Source: Basidiobolus meristosporus CBS 931.73
Taxonomy: Eukaryota; Fungi; Basidiobolomycota
Assembly (NCBI GenBank): GCA_002104905.1
Contig: MCFE01000588.1
Location: 1 to 55,437, forward strand
Length of the DNA stretch: 55,437 nucleotides
Direction of reading: 5' to 3'
Below, in pieces: positions 1 to 13,598 of the stretch; positions within the stretch are counted from its first letter, which is position 1, and every line of letters starts with the position of its first letter. Under the pieces are notes generated by a model. The model was given only the letters and a program-made list of their open reading frames with translations. It did not search any database and had not been told where the DNA came from. Both the position numbers and the translations under genes were made by a program.

Positions 1-85
1 GAAAGCATCCATTTCAAGTCAGGTAAAAATGCACTGAGGCTAAACCTGGTTGCCTTGAGTTGCTTCATTGGATGCTTTGATATGC

Positions 86-1343
86 TCATGTCTTTCTTAC
101 AGATGGTGATACACTGAGTAGCTCTCCAACCTTGATTGATATGTTGCTTCCTAGTATATGACTTGTCAGAGCCTCTGGGGTACCATTTTGCTTGACTCTA
201 GGCTGCATGTGGTAGTTGTTGGCCTTGGCAGACTCTTGTAAAATTAATGGGGGTGATGCTTTCTTCTCAATCACAACTTCTGGCTCACATCTTGGTACTT
301 TTGTTGCTGGGCCTGGATTAGCCATTTTTTCAGGATGGTGTCTCTTTGAAGCATAAATTGAAGCTATATGATCTTGGGCCTCTCTGGGGTCCTCATAGTC
401 AAAGTTCAGAACTTCAGCTGGATCAAAGTAGTCAGGATCTTCTTCTTCATGGAGTTGAACCTTTCTTGTATGAGAGGTGACTTGCTTGTAGTGAACTCTC
501 ATTCCTCCTTGTCCAAATGCTGTGGATAATTTGTCACCATGCTTACTGACTATGTATCCCTGAGGACTATATAGGACATCACCTGTGGATAGTAATGACT
601 GAAGCTCTTGGCAATTTCTCTTGGAATGGTTGGCAGAGTCACACCACATGCATGTATATTTGACTTCTTTCTCTACTGGCTTCTGACCATATGCTTTGCT
701 GGCAAGTAGCAAAGAGAGTTTTTCTAGTTGCTGTGTCAGCTCCTGAATTTGAGTGCTTTGATTGCTGGGATTAAGTATGTCTTGGCTATCTTGGATTTGT
801 TCTGGGCTTGAAAGAAGCTCTCTGATTGGTGAGGTTTCTTCAGGGGCAAGTAGAATCTGCTTGGCTAACTGAAATGCAGGCAGTGAACTCATAGCTTTCA
901 CAGTAGGATTGTTTTCAATCCTTCTCACCAGGCCTTCTGGTAGTGCTCTGAGCAGATAGGCAGATAAAGTCAGATCAGTGATAATGCCTTGGGCTTTCAG
1001 TGACTCTCCAATTTGCTCAAGGCCACTCAAGTATTCTTTCAATGGTAGCAGCTTAAACTTGCTATAAGCAAGTTCTCCAAGTCTTTAAGTGTGTAGTCAA
1101 CTTGTCTCTCTCCATATTCATCAATCAAGTAGCTCTTCAAGAGGGTCAATTTGTCAGCAGATCATTTCTTTCATATAAAGAGAGCATGATCTCATCAGTG
1201 CTGTAGGGGGGCATCTCTTCAGCCATAATGGCCTCAGGTATTTTGTGGGCTCTGCAGAAAAGCTCCCACCTCTTGATGAAAGCTTTAACTTTGGTTCCAT
1301 CAAAGAAAGGAGTTCCTTGCATTCCTGGTAAAGGTAGATCCAT
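86..1343 (-). pseudogene. Disrupted retrotransposon Gag (CCHC zinc knuckle, DUF4100-like C-terminal region)
   Basis: ORF 1146-1343 begins with the typical PFFDGTKVKAFIKRWELFC gag start. ORF 86-1042 contains CMWCDSANHSKRNC (C-x2-C-x4-H-x4-C). The two are separated by a stop/frameshift. Confidence 0.8.
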
Positions 1344-1395
1344 GGTCTTGATAATTTGTTCTTTCTTAAGTCTTCTAGGGGCAGTTCAGTCAAAC

Positions 1396-1413
1396 CCCCC
1401 ACGTTGGGTGCCA
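1396..1413 (-). promoter_or_regulatory. Primer-binding site complementary to the tRNA-Lys 3' end
   Basis: Minus strand reads TGGCACCCAACGTGGGGG, 4 nt from the LTR end. Canonical Lys1,2 PBS is TGGCGCCCAACGTGGGGC; the internal difference is a CG>CA change. Confidence 0.85.
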
Positions 1414-1417
1414 AATA

Positions 1418-2221
1418 TGTGGTGGTGTAGAGGTACTCCTGGGAGAAGCTACACAACTCAAGGTGTGTGAGGTGTCTGATGGGTGCGATAACCTCTGTGT
1501 CTAAACTACTGGTGTCTTTGTCAATATGCCACTATGGTAAAAGCTCCTGCTTCTCTAGCTTCCTAGGTGCTCCAAGTGTCTCCAAAGGCCTCTGTGTGTC
1601 TTGTGCACTACCCTGAAAAGCTCCTTGATGGCAGGTCTTAGATATACTGTTGAAGGCAGGTGCAGTGATCTACTGCTAATCAATAAGGTAGAAGTGTTAC
1701 TGATAGAAGGGATGATTTATTGATGAGGGATTGCTTTCCCTTAAATACTTTTCCTGATTGCCAAGTGATTACTAATGACAAGGTTCTAGAAGATTCTAGG
1801 TATCAGTGGAATTCTTGATGACATCACTATGAGCTAGAAATATGCCAAGAATGTCCTGGAAGGTTCTAAAAGGCACAGCACTCTCAACCAATCAGGAATC
1901 AGTAGTCTGAAACCTGTGCAACATAGAAATACCATATATGGTATTGAAATGGTAGAGATGGTAACACAGACCTAGGTCATGTGTCACAGGTACTGACGCG
2001 GGTACTAGCCTTATATAGATACATCCACTGATCACAAAGCTGAATAACATCTGGGATAACTAATGCTAATAACTAATCAGGGTAAACATCATATGGGGAT
2101 AATACTGATAATATGGGCAAAAGAAGAATGGGATAATACTGATAAGATAAAATATGGATAAGTATATCCTAATGACTATATGAATAAACTTGTCTGTGGG
2201 AGGTATGTTTACCCTACCACA
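1418..2221 (-). repeat. LTR family 1, 5' LTR
   Basis: Inverted homologue of 3752-4551; TG...CA ends; CArG-like CCATATATGG at 1932-1941 and CCAAT at ~1889. Confidence 0.9.
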
Positions 2222-2796
2222 GCGGCAGGTATGCATGTTTGTAGAGGTTAGTAAGCAGGAGGCCATAGTTTTTTTTGATTTGAACTATATGTGGGATACC
2301 CAAGGTAGTAGTGAGTAAGCAAATAAAGAAAGGTGATTCTACAGTGGAGTATATGAGTTGCACAAGGGGAGGTAGAAAAAGGAAATACCCTTTGGTAAAT
2401 TGGTATGGTAGCATTATGCAGAACCAGCAGCAAGCCAACATACTGCCAAGAAAAAGCTCTCAGAGTCTTGCTGTGAGGCCATCAAAATACTGTCAAGTTT
2501 CTTGCCATATAAGGCAATTGGAAGTCCTGGCCAACTGGATCCACTTAAAACAGTAATAGAGTGCTGAAAGACCGTAACAATACCATGCAAATATTGTCAC
2601 AGCACCAATCAAAAATTGTCAAGTTTTATCCCTTTATTTGGCTGTAAAATTTGCAAAACACCGTCATGATCTTGTTATAAGATTGTCAGGAGGGTCACTA
2701 ATTCCAAGCTGCTGTTATCATGACAGTCTCTAAACAGGATCTAGATGGATGATTTGGATTGGATCCACCTGCGGGACCAGATTGTTTTTCATAGGG
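2222..2796. mobile_element. Terminal fragment of a CMC/EnSpm element (transposase-side end)
   Basis: Reverse-complement match to ~20435-21009, ending in the TIR TTTTTCATAGGG at 2796. Confidence 0.85.
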
Positions 2797-3039
2797 TATA
2801 TTGAGTAGGATCTTACTGGGTGATGAGGATGCAATCCAGTGAGTCATCAGCCACAACCTACATTAGCAAATCTAATTAGTCAGCAATTGATCTGGCAAAA
2901 TATATATAAAGAGCTGTTGGAACCTCAATAAGAATATGCTCAAGTTTTAGTGATTATAATACTAGTTATATTCCATATTCCCCTACAACTCTACTACTAA
3001 GACTTGTAACTAGAGAACTATGCAGGAATCATTACAACA
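2797..3039 (+). repeat. Possible truncated LTR of another family
   Basis: TATATATAAA box at ~2901 and a ...ATTACAACA end at 3039, immediately before CMC-derived sequence resumes; no second copy in the window. Confidence 0.35.
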
Positions 3040-3751
3040 TTGCACTTTTAATTTTGCAAAAACTGGGTCAAAAATATTTATTTCAACAATAAAAAAGCGG
3101 CTTTTGACTGATTCTCTGCAAATTCTTGTACTCTCTGATCCCAAATACTTCAACACCTCCCATGCTCACTGATTATCTATGCTTCTGTTTCTCACACTGT
3201 AATTCCTGACTATGCCACTGCTTTTATTTTCATGCATAAAAATTGGTTTAATTTTATTTAATCTTCAGTTGTACCTCTATTGCAAATTATATTGACCTGT
3301 TCAAGTCCCTATACTCATTACCAACATTGACTTCAACCACCTACTCAGTTAACATATCCATTAAACTCCACCATTCAATATGTGATTCTGCTGAAACACC
3401 CTTGTTCCAGGACTTTGGCAGAGACCTTAAGGCTTAATGCCATTGTTCATTCACTGGTTTCCATATGTTATGGTCTACAGCTAGCACTGCAAGGTCAAGC
3501 ATCACATCTATCTGTCATTGCAACAAGCACTGGCAATATTTAAGAGAACTGACTTAAGCTATGCTCTGGATAAGTGATGCAACATTTTTCAGTGCCTGTT
3601 ATTGCCTCAAACTCCACTGTAGGCATTATTATAGCCTTTGGGGTTCTTGGTGTTGTGGGTTAGTCTTGCAGCAGAATTTCCACCCTTCCTACAACAGATA
3701 CATGGAGGCAGGAGAAGAAAAATTGCCTTGTTGTGCAAACTCATCTGCTGC

Positions 3752-4551
3752 TGTGGAAGGGTAAACATATCTCCCTCAGACAAGTTTATCTATATAGCTA
3801 TTATGATTCACTTTTCCATATTTATCTTGTCAGTATTATCCCATTCAACTTGCCCATATAATTAGTATTTTCCCCATATGGTGTTTCCCCTGATTAGTTT
3901 TTAGCATTAGTTATCCTAGATGTTATACAGCTTGGTGATCAGATACATATCTACATTAAGCAAGTACCCATGTCAATATCTGTAAGACACAAACTAGGTC
4001 TGTATTGCCATCCCTTTCATTTCAATACCATATATGGTATCTCTAGGCTACTCAGATATCAGACTACTGATCCCTGATTGGTTGGATATGATGTGGTTTT
4101 TAGAACCTTCTAGGACCTTCCTGGAGTATTTCTAGCTCATAGTGCTGTCATCCTGAGCTCCACTGATGCCTGAAATCTTTTAGAACCTTGCCATTAGTAA
4201 TCACTTTACAATCTGGAAAGTATTTGAGGGAAGTCAACCCCTGATCAATAAATTATCCCTTCTATCAATAACACTTCTCCCTTATTGATAGGCAGTTGAT
4301 CACTGCATCTACCTTCAACAGTTACACCTCAGACCTGCCATCAAGTAGCTTTTCAGGGTGGTGCACACAACACACAGAGGCCTTTGGGGACACTTGGAGC
4401 CCCTAGGAAGCTTGAGAAGCAGGATCTTTTACCATATTGACATGTTGCCAATGATACAAGTAGTTTAGACCCAGAGGTTATTGCACCCATCAGACACCTC
4501 ACACACCATGAGTTGTATGGCTTCTCCCAGAAATACCTCTACACCACCACA
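3752..4551 (+). repeat. Solo LTR, family 1
   Basis: 800 bp, TGTGGA...ACCACA, flanked by a 4-bp CTGC duplication (3748-3751, 4552-4555). Confidence 0.9.
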
Positions 4552-4761
4552 CTGCACAGAAGTGCAACTCATTCAGCTGGACTTCCAACTCTTGAGCAAA
4601 CCACTGTTGACTTCTTGGTAAGTCCTCTTTTCTACTATGATATTCAGGCCTCTCTAGGTTTACAGCATTATTTGGTGAGAGCTGCAGCTTTTTCATTGCA
4701 CTTCCTTGTCTCTGGCTTGTGTCAACTTTATTCCCTTTGCCTTTTCCTCTATCATTGCTAA

Positions 4762-7700
4762 TGCTGTCAGAGACATGGAGAAATTGGAAGTGATATGGAG
4801 AACAAGTAGATATTGTGGTTTTCACTTGATGACTTATTGATTGTAAAAGTAGTGTTTATACTTTTACATGGTCTTGGCATAGCACACATATAGAATAAGT
4901 GTACAAAGGTCCCATGAACATGTGTTCAAAGTTTGGGGCTGATTGGACAACTTTGAGAATTTTCATGTGCTGGGTACCAGATATTTTGGTGAAAATATTT
5001 CAAGTAAATCCCAGCAAGAAACTTAGTTAGTATTCTCTAGGATTCAAAGGTGATAATCTCCATATATCAGCCATGTGAGTACATAGGTGGAACTACAGAC
5101 CTTGACAACACTTTACTCACTAGATGCTCATACTGACTAGTCCTAATATTGACCTAAGATATTCAAACTTGCCTCTACCTATTGATTTGGTAAATATGTA
5201 TGCAATCATTTCTGCTGTAGGATAGTAAGCTAATTTGACTAAGTTGTTCTCTATGGCTTCATATATTAAAAGATGTCTAATATCTATGTGTTTAGTTCTA
5301 GCATGAAAAGTTGGATTTCTACCTAATTGTATACATTCTGGGTTATCCTGAAACAATGTAATAGCTGTTTTTTGACCTAAGCCTAAATCCTTAAAAAGCA
5401 TCCTTAGCCACATTACTTCCTTTGTAGCTTCACAGGCTGCCATATACATTGCCTTTGTGGTAAAAAGTGCTACAGCTGGTTGCTTAATTGAAATCCATGA
5501 AATTGCCCCTTTACTGTAAAGAAAGGTGCATCCTCTGGTGGATTGTATGACTTCTAAATTTTGTCTCCAGTAAGCATCAAAGTATTGTAAAGGATCCTGC
5601 TTTGAATCCTTATCAGTGTATCTTAAGGAGATATCAGCAGTTCCTTTTAGGTATCTAAAAATCTGCTTAACTGCTGCAATATGATCAGATCAATAGTTCT
5701 AATTGTGCCAGCTGACAACTCCTACTGAATATTATGTATATCAGCTTGATCCAATCACAATATACAATAGGCTGTCAACTATAGATTGATAAGGTATCCC
5801 AGGGCTTTTGGATGGCATCAAGCTCTCTTGAGTTGGTTGCGCTTGGACCAAGTTAAGGCTTGTTTCCATTAGGGTAGCTGCAGGTTTACAGTTTTCTATT
5901 TGGTACCTAATTTGTATATCTTGAATATAGTTGGACTGGCTTAGGGTGATAGTCAGAGTACTTCTGTCTATGGAGAACTTTATCCCTAACTAGTAACTGA
6001 GGTCTTCTAGATCAGGCATCTTGAACACTTTAGATAGGCTGAATTTAGTCTCTTCCAATGTTTCTAGGTTATTGATGGCTAAAATTGGATCATCCACATA
6101 TGGAGCTAATAGAGCTTGATTTGCTCTATCAGACTTATTGTATATACTATAGTCAGCAATACTACTTTGAAAACTCAAAGATTCCAAATAAGAAACTATT
6201 TTACAATTCCAGGCCCTTGGTCTTTGTTTGAGTCCATATAGAGACTTTTTAAGCTTGCAAACCAAATTGAAGTTATCTTCGTCTGCAAATGCTTCAGGCT
6301 AGTCCATGTACATGCCCTCATCAAGTTCTTCATTCACAAATTCAGCTTTTACATTCATTTGATGTACAGATAGCTTAAATTTGGCTGCAATAGACAATAT
6401 TGATCTGATGAAATGAAACTTGGCTACCATTGCAAAGGTCTCAGTATGGTCATATCCTTTTGTTTGAGTGTATCCTTTGACCACAAGTTGTGCTTTACAT
6501 CTTTCAATTGTACCATCAGCCTTGTATTATGTCTTAAAACCCCATGTCCATCCAATTGATATTTGGTTGATTGGTAAATTGACTAAGTTCCAATGTTGAT
6601 TTTCCATAAGGGCCTTATACTGCTCAGGCATTGCAGATCTCAAGTACTTTATCTGGGGGCTATTTAGGGCCTCCTTTACAGTCTGAGCCTCATCAATACA
6701 GACTGAGTAGGTATAGGCTAAGTTTGTACCCTCATGGATATAGTTATTTGGGCTTTTTTTTCCTGGTTGGGTCTTCAGTTATTTGATACCAGAATGATCA
6801 CTTCTGGGATAGTCCTGAGCACTGACATAGACTAAACCATGGCTGTAGAGTCCTCTGGAGTCAAAAATATTTACTGTTTTGCTCTGATCTAATACTGACA
6901 ATGGGTACACTTGAGATCAGATTTTTTGCATTATCCAATGTTGTTTGTTGTGAAAATTTTCAAGTTTCATCATACTATTGATCAAAGCTGTATTCTTATC
7001 AATTCCCTGCTGGTGGAGTTTAGAGTTTTTTTGACTATGGAAGCTTTAGTATATTATCATCTCAAAGGATGCTGAACCCAGCACATACTTATGTTAAGAT
7101 GCCAACTAAGTTGGGCATTGTAACCCAATAGCTTTCCCATGACAAGCTTGTGGTTTTATTCCCCATCACATTAAATTAGAGACAGTACCCAAGTATTCCT
7201 AGCAAGCTTTGCTAGATGTTATTGCACTCAGTGAACACTAACACACAAAACACTTGAGAAGTGTTGGATGTATCTCTCCCTTGGACTTATATATCACCAC
7301 AGCACTTGATTTTTTTAACTCTTCATCCAGGAGCATTCCATATAGGTAATCTAAGGCAAATCCTTAGTTCTGGACTCTACAGCTTACACAAGACCCTGAA
7401 GCCCATCTATCAGGCTATTCAGGATGGTTACTATCACATCCTTCTCAGTAGTAGGTATGCCCACAGATTTCATCTCATCCACCAGCAGGGTAATTCTGTT
7501 AATTAGATTCTTATTTCTTCTGCTGGCGGCATCACTGTAGTATACAATTTTTGTCTACAATATATTTTCTTTGCAGCTGAACATGACTAGTAGGCATCTT
7601 CCAATGCCTTCCAGGCATTCTTTGCTGTTTTTGCTCTTAAGCTTTGAGTTAGCAATTTGTCCTTGAGATTGAGGCAAATGCAGTTAAAGGTACTTTGTTC

Positions 7701-8261
7701 TTTCTTCCAATACTTTAAAGATTCCTCTCCCACATTTTTAGGAGGGCATTCTTCTCCCATGACAATACCCCAAAGGCCTCTTTCTTGTAGCAGCATCTTC
7801 CCCGTCACCTTCCACACTTGGTAGTTAGACCTTTCCAACTTTCCAACAGAGGGAGAATTCCAGTAGTATAAGTGGTAGACGTTGCAGAGAGTGCAAGTCT
7901 GGGGCTGATAATCTGTTGTACAATACTTAGAGATATTGCATGTGATTTTGATAGCAGGTAGATAATGGCATATTTACTTAATGTTTTATTGAATGTAATA
8001 GTACTACTTATTCTTTTACATGGACTTAGCATGGCAAGCATGTAGAATAGGTTTAGGAAGGTCCCACAAACATGTGTGCAAGGTTCAGCGCTGTTTGGAC
8101 AACTTTGAAAATTTCATGTTCTGGAGACCTGATATTCTGGTTAAAATATTCTAAGTAAATATTGACAAGGAATCTTGTCAGTATTCTCTGGGACTTAAAG
8201 GTCTTGATCTAAGTTACTAAGTTTGGTGAATACTTAGGTCGAATTACAAGTTTTCACAACA
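4762..8261 (-). mobile_element. Degenerate, internally deleted Ty1/Copia element (Copia A)
   Basis: LTRs 4762-5110 and 7914-8261. RNase H remnant (HARTKHIDIRH, 5120-5449), RT remnants (KLKKSLYGLKQ, YVDD, 5990-6484), gag remnant 7302-7870. Decayed PBS GATTATCAGCCC. Diverged TSD GCTAA/GCCAG. Confidence 0.9.
6974..7301 (+). repeat. Truncated LTR family 2 fragment inside Copia A gag
   Basis: Homologous to ~9931-10259 and the reverse complement of 14972-15300; ends ...ATCACCACA followed by GCAC. The left side was lost in a deletion joining it to the integrase C-terminal region. Confidence 0.8.
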
Positions 8262-8401
8262 GCCAGGTCTTTCACTCCTACTTTGCCTAAGTTCTACTTG
8301 TATTGAACTACATTTTCTCCTCAATCAATGCTGCACTTGTACATCCATTTCTTCCTGCTTGTCCCATTTTTTACCTGGAATATTGACTGCTCTTCACATG
8401 C

Positions 8402-8720
8402 CTCTATGAAAAATCCCAAGCTTGGAATTCATCTGTTTTTCAGCTGGTATTCTGCTGATATTCTGATGGTATTTTGCTGGTATGCAGATGGTGTTTTTAG
8501 TCCAAAATTTTAAATATAATTTCTGATGGAAGTAATGGGCAGCTAATTACTAAGTTTGATATGAATGCTAGTTAGCCTACTCTCCTACTGAAGAATTCTT
8601 TTGCTTACCAGCCCATCAGCTTGCAACAGAGATATTGAGAGTTGTCAATATTGAGAAACTTGGTATTCAGCTGATATTAAAATAGTATTTTGCTGGTCTT
8701 TTCTTAATTTTTTCCTTGGG
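8402..8720. mobile_element. MITE-like non-autonomous element with CMC-like TIRs
   Basis: Starts CTCTATGAAAAAT and ends AATTTTTTCCTTGGG. Flanked by ATGC/ATGC, with host ORF2 sequence rejoining across it. Subterminal GCTGGTATT-like repeats at ~8443-8482. Confidence 0.6.
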
Positions 8721-8838
8721 ATGCTATTAGCCCATCTTGTCTCTGGATAACTTCCCAATTTCTTTGTACCATTGCATCTATCCTATTAGCCACTGCATCC
8801 AATGGCCTCACTTATGCTTTGGCATCAGCTGACAGTGC

Positions 8839-10259
8839 TGTAGTGGGGTCAAAGTGACACCCACTGACATATGTGCCCATTCCCATATTTTCTACTTCCC
8901 TATTTCTCTACTACCTATATTTTAGTTTGTCCCATTTGTCATATCTGATCAGTACTATCCCATAAGCAGGCTAACTATGATACCTGCTTACTTTGGTGTA
9001 GGAGTCCTGAAGATATTGGAAGTGATTGGGAGAACCAGCTGATTGTGTGGTCTTCACTTATTGATTTATTGCAAGTACAAACAGTGTTTATACTTTTACA
9101 TGATCTTGACATACCAAACACCTAAAATAGATTTAGGGAGATCCCAAGAACATGTGTGCAAAGTTTGGGGCTGTTTGGACAGCTTTGAGAATTCTTATGT
9201 TCATGGTACCTGATATTTGGGTGAAAATATTCTAAGTAAATCCCAACAAGGAATATGGTCAATATTCTGTAGGATATGAAGGTAATGATTTATATGACCA
9301 AGCTAGGTGAATATATGGGTGGAAATACAAAGTATTACAGCATATTTATTACATAAATGATCCATCACTTTATGTAAGGTTATTAGAGGCAAGTGCTTCA
9401 ATATTGGGCAAGTGTCTGCACCAGGACACATAACACATGCTCAAACCATGTCCCCATCTCTACCATCCTTATTTGATATATAGAATCCCTATGTTACACA
9501 GGTCTCAAGTACTGTTCACTGACTGGTTGGATTTGCTGTGCCTAATAAAACCTTCCAGCCTCCACTTAGAACATTCTTAGCGCATTCTGATGTCATTAGG
9601 ACTACTGTTGATCTCTGAAACCTTCTGGAACACCATGATTAATAATCACTTAACCAGTGAGAAAAGTTTAAAAGGGAGGCAATTCCTCAGCAATAAGTTA
9701 TCATCCCTTTTATGAGTATACCAACTTGTTGAATACTGTGATCACTGCTACCTGCTGCTACCTAAGCTTCTAATTCCAGATCACAGGACACACCCAGGAA
9801 GCTGTGCTGACAGCCAACTGTCCTTGAAGGCACTACATGTGAGAAATACTCAGAGTAGGAATCTTTTATTATATTTGCTTCTTTCCCATGCTTTTTGTTG
9901 TTCAGGCAATGAAACCATTCTGTCATTGTAACTATTGACCACAGCTGCATTCTTATCAAGTCCCTGCTGGTGTAGTTTCCAGTTGTTTTGACTTTGGAAG
10001 CTTTGGTACATTATCATCTCAAAGGACATGGAATCCAGACATGCTTTTGTTAAGTAACCAACTAAGTTGGGGATTGTAGCTCAATAGCTTTCCCTTGACA
10101 AGCTTTTGGCTTTATTTCCCATCACATTAAAGTAGAGACAGATCCCAAGTATTCCTAGCAAGCTTTTGCCAGATGTTATTGCACCAAGTGAATACCCCTC
10201 ACATAAAACTCTTGAGAAGTGCTAGATGCAACTCTCCCTTGGACTTATACACCACCACA
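8839..10259 (+). repeat. Solo LTR family 2 interrupted by a Copia solo LTR
   Basis: TGTAGTGGGG start and ...ACCACCACA end; flanks GTGC/GTGT; homologous to the reverse complement of 14972-16046. Confidence 0.8.
8994..9342 (-). repeat. Copia solo LTR
   Basis: 349 bp, homologous to 11032-11379; TSD TACTT/TATTT. Confidence 0.85.
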
Positions 10260-11454
10260 GTGTACTTTATAATACAGGTGGTGGTGAGAAAAAAGTCCAT
10301 GTAACTATTGTAACAAGCTTCTCAGCTTTGAAGCACACAGGCAGCATAGGCAGTATTGTAAGGATCATGACCAGTGTTTTGCCACACAAGTCATATTTGA
10401 GCATTCATCAGGCACTACTGTACCAACATGCCTTATTTAGTACTTGATACTTCTATTACAGAATCTTGCTACACGTGTCACCTTGTGCAAATTGAGTCAG
10501 CTATGTTTGTAGTGCCTTTTGGCTCAACTCTGCCCTCTTAATAATGCACACAGAGTGAGAGCTCTGAAAAAGAAGGCTTACTGCAGGATTGTGAGCCTAT
10601 CTCCTCCCAAAACAGTACCCTGCATGAGCCAGGCAAAATCTCAACATGTAACACAACAGCACCTGTTAGAAAATGCAAAGAATACTTTTGCAGGCCAAGA
10701 GAGCCCAGTAATGCATTTACTTGTGAATGATGTGATGTTGTGGCTAGAGAAGCGGCTTGTTTCAGAATATATCAATAATGGGGACCCTGAGGATTTATTT
10801 ACTTATTATCAATAGCAATCTGGGATGCAACTTTCCATTTGCCTGTTACAAATGGATAATCATGATGCTGCTGGTAACATATGACTTAGAGACTATGCTT
10901 ATACCAGCATTTGTCAACAGTGGCATGGCATTTACTTCAGAGAATGCCAACATTGCAAGGACTCCAACTTATAAGGAATGTACCATTACAGGAGGAAAAT
11001 GTTGTGCACAATCTAGATATATACCAGTTATTGTTGTAAGAGTCTTGGAGATATTGGAAGTGATTGGGGAACAAATAGATTATGTTGCTTTCACTTAATG
11101 CTTTATAGAATGTAAAAGTAGTATTTATACTTTTATATGGTCATGGCATAACAAGCACATAGAATAGGCTAAGGAAGGTCCCAAGAACATGTGTGCAAAG
11201 TTTGGGGCTGTTTGGACAACTCTGAGAATTTTCATGTTCTGGGTAACAGGTATTTTGGTGAAAATATTCCAAGTAAATCCTGACAAGGAATTTGGTCAGT
11301 ATTTTGTTGGATTTGAAGGTAATGAAATAAGTGACTAAGTTAGATGATTACTTAGGTGGAATTATGATTTTTTACAAAACTCCCACTCAGCTAAATGTTC
11401 ATACAGACTAGTCCTAATTTTGACTAAAGATATTCAATCTTGTCTCTAGCTAAT

Positions 11455-12187
11455 AGACTTGTTCCATTGGATAGTGCCACATTGAGCCATGAGTGCCAAA
11501 TGATGCCATAGTGTGCCAGAGAGGCCAATTGAGCCTCTACCTGGCCAAAGGGTGTGAAACATAGCTCTGCATCTTCATGCAAAGCAGCCCCTGTGTTTCA
11601 CCCATTGTGTTGGAGAAAATCCATTTTTTGACCTTTTTTTTTGGTTCAATGTTGTGCAGGACATGTTAGAGCACAAGTAGATTGAAGATATGCATCTGGT
11701 ACTCAATACCCATGGCACTCTGAATCTAGCTCCTGTAGCTTGTATCATGTCACATAAATGAATGGCACTATCTTGGTCCACTGGTACTATCTGGCACTAT
11801 AAGTGCTTTGTATAGATCTTACTTTAGGGCTAATATTTAAATAAAGTGCTAGATAGTTCCAGTAGGCCAAGATAGTGCCATTCATCTATGTGACATGATA
11901 CAAGCTACAGGAGCTAGACTTGGAGTGCCATGGGTATTGAGTATCAGATGCATATCTTCAGTTCTCCTGTGCTCTTACACATCCTGAGCTACATTGATCC
12001 ACAAAAAAGGTCAAAAAATGAATTTTCTCCTGCGCAATGGGTGAAACACAGCAGCTGCTTTACATGAAGATGCAGAGCAATGTTTCACACTCTGTGGCCA
12101 GGTATAGGCTCACTTGACCTCTCTGGCACACTATGGCATCATTTGGCACTCATGGCTCAATGTGGCACTATCCAATGGCACAAGTCT
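11455..12187. mobile_element. 733-bp foldback (long inverted repeat) non-autonomous DNA element
   Basis: Arms of ~344 bp (11455-~11798 and ~11846-12187) around a ~47-bp AT-rich spacer. Termini AGACTTG/CAAGTCT; AAT duplicated at 11452-11454 and 12188-12190. The empty site GCTAATGG is seen in the Copia copy at ~54407. Confidence 0.9.
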
Positions 12188-13598
12188 AATGATTTGGTAG
12201 ATATGTCTGCAATCATTTCATCTGAAGGACAGTAAGCTAAGCTAACTAAGTTATTCTCTATAGCTTCAAATATGAGATGATGTCAAATATCTATGTGCTT
12301 AGTTCTAGCATGATAAGTTGGATTTCTACTTAACTGTATACCTCCTTGGTGATCTTGAAATAAAGTAACAGGCTTTTTTTATGTAGGCCTAAATCTGTAA
12401 AAGGTTTTCTTAACCACATTGCTTCTTTTGTTGCTTCACAGGCTGCCATATACTCTGTCTCTGTAGTAGAAAGTGCTATGGTTGCTTGCTTTCTTGAATT
12501 CCATGAAATTGCTCCTTGACAGTAAAGAAAGGTGTACCCTCTGGTGGATCTTCTGTCTTCTAAATTTTGTCCCCAATCAGCATCAGAGTATCCCACAAGA
12601 ACCTGTTCTGAGTCCTTATTAGTGTATCATAAGCAGATATCAGCAGTTCCTTTTAGGTATCTAAAAATCTGCTTAACTGATGCAATGTGATCAGATCCAT
12701 AGTTCTGATTATGCTGGCTGACAACTCCCACTGATATGAGATATCTGGACATGTTCCCAGCATAATATACATCAGACTGCCAACAGTAAATTGATAAGGA
12801 AAGTCAGGGCTTTCTGATGGCATCAAGCTCTCTTGATTTGGTTGAGTTTTGACCAAGTTAAGGTTTGTCTCCATTGGGGTAGCTGCCAGTTTGCAGTGTT
12901 GCATTTTCTTGGCTACCAGTGCAAAGGTCTCAGTACAGTTAAGTCCTTTTGTTTGAGATTATTCTTTGACCAAAAGTCTTGCTTTGTATTTTTGGATTGT
13001 ACCATCAGCCTTGTATTTTGTCTTGAGGACCAATCTGCATCCAGTTGATATATGGCTGATTGGTAATTTGACTAAGTCCCAAGTTTGATTTTCCATCATG
13101 GCCAAATATTCATCAGTCATTGCAGAGCTCCAAAGTTTTGTCTGAGGGCTATTCAGGGCCTCTTTTACAGTTTATGGGTCATTGATATGGACTGAATAGG
13201 CATATGCTAAGTTTGTGCCCTCATTGATATAGTAATTTGGGCAACTTCTTGTCCAACTAGATCTCCAGGCATTTGATACTAGAATGATTGCTTCTGGGAT
13301 ATCCCTGGGCACTACTTCTGGCTGAACCATGGTTGTAGAGTCCTCTGGAGTGAAAAAATCTTCATTGTTTTGGTCTGATTCAATCTTGACAATTGGTGGA
13401 TTGGAGATCCGATTTTTGTCATCATCTGATGTCATTTTTTGTGAAAGTTTTGAATTTCATCAAGCAACACATCCCTGGACTTGATTAGCTTCTTTGCTTT
13501 GGTATTGTAGAGTGTGTATGCTTTACTCATATTGCAGTAGCCCAAAAATATGAATTTTTCACTTTTTGCTCAAATTTTGACTGATTTCCAGGCAGTTT

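Larger units (their letters stand above)
1..2221 (-). mobile_element. Ty3/gypsy-type LTR retrotransposon (LTR family 1), 5' portion; continues off the left edge
   Basis: 804-bp LTR 1418-2221 with TGTGGT...ACCACA termini, adjacent tRNA-Lys PBS, and downstream gag ORFs with a CCHC knuckle. Inserted into a CMC end copy (flank GCGG at 2222-2225). Confidence 0.85.
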
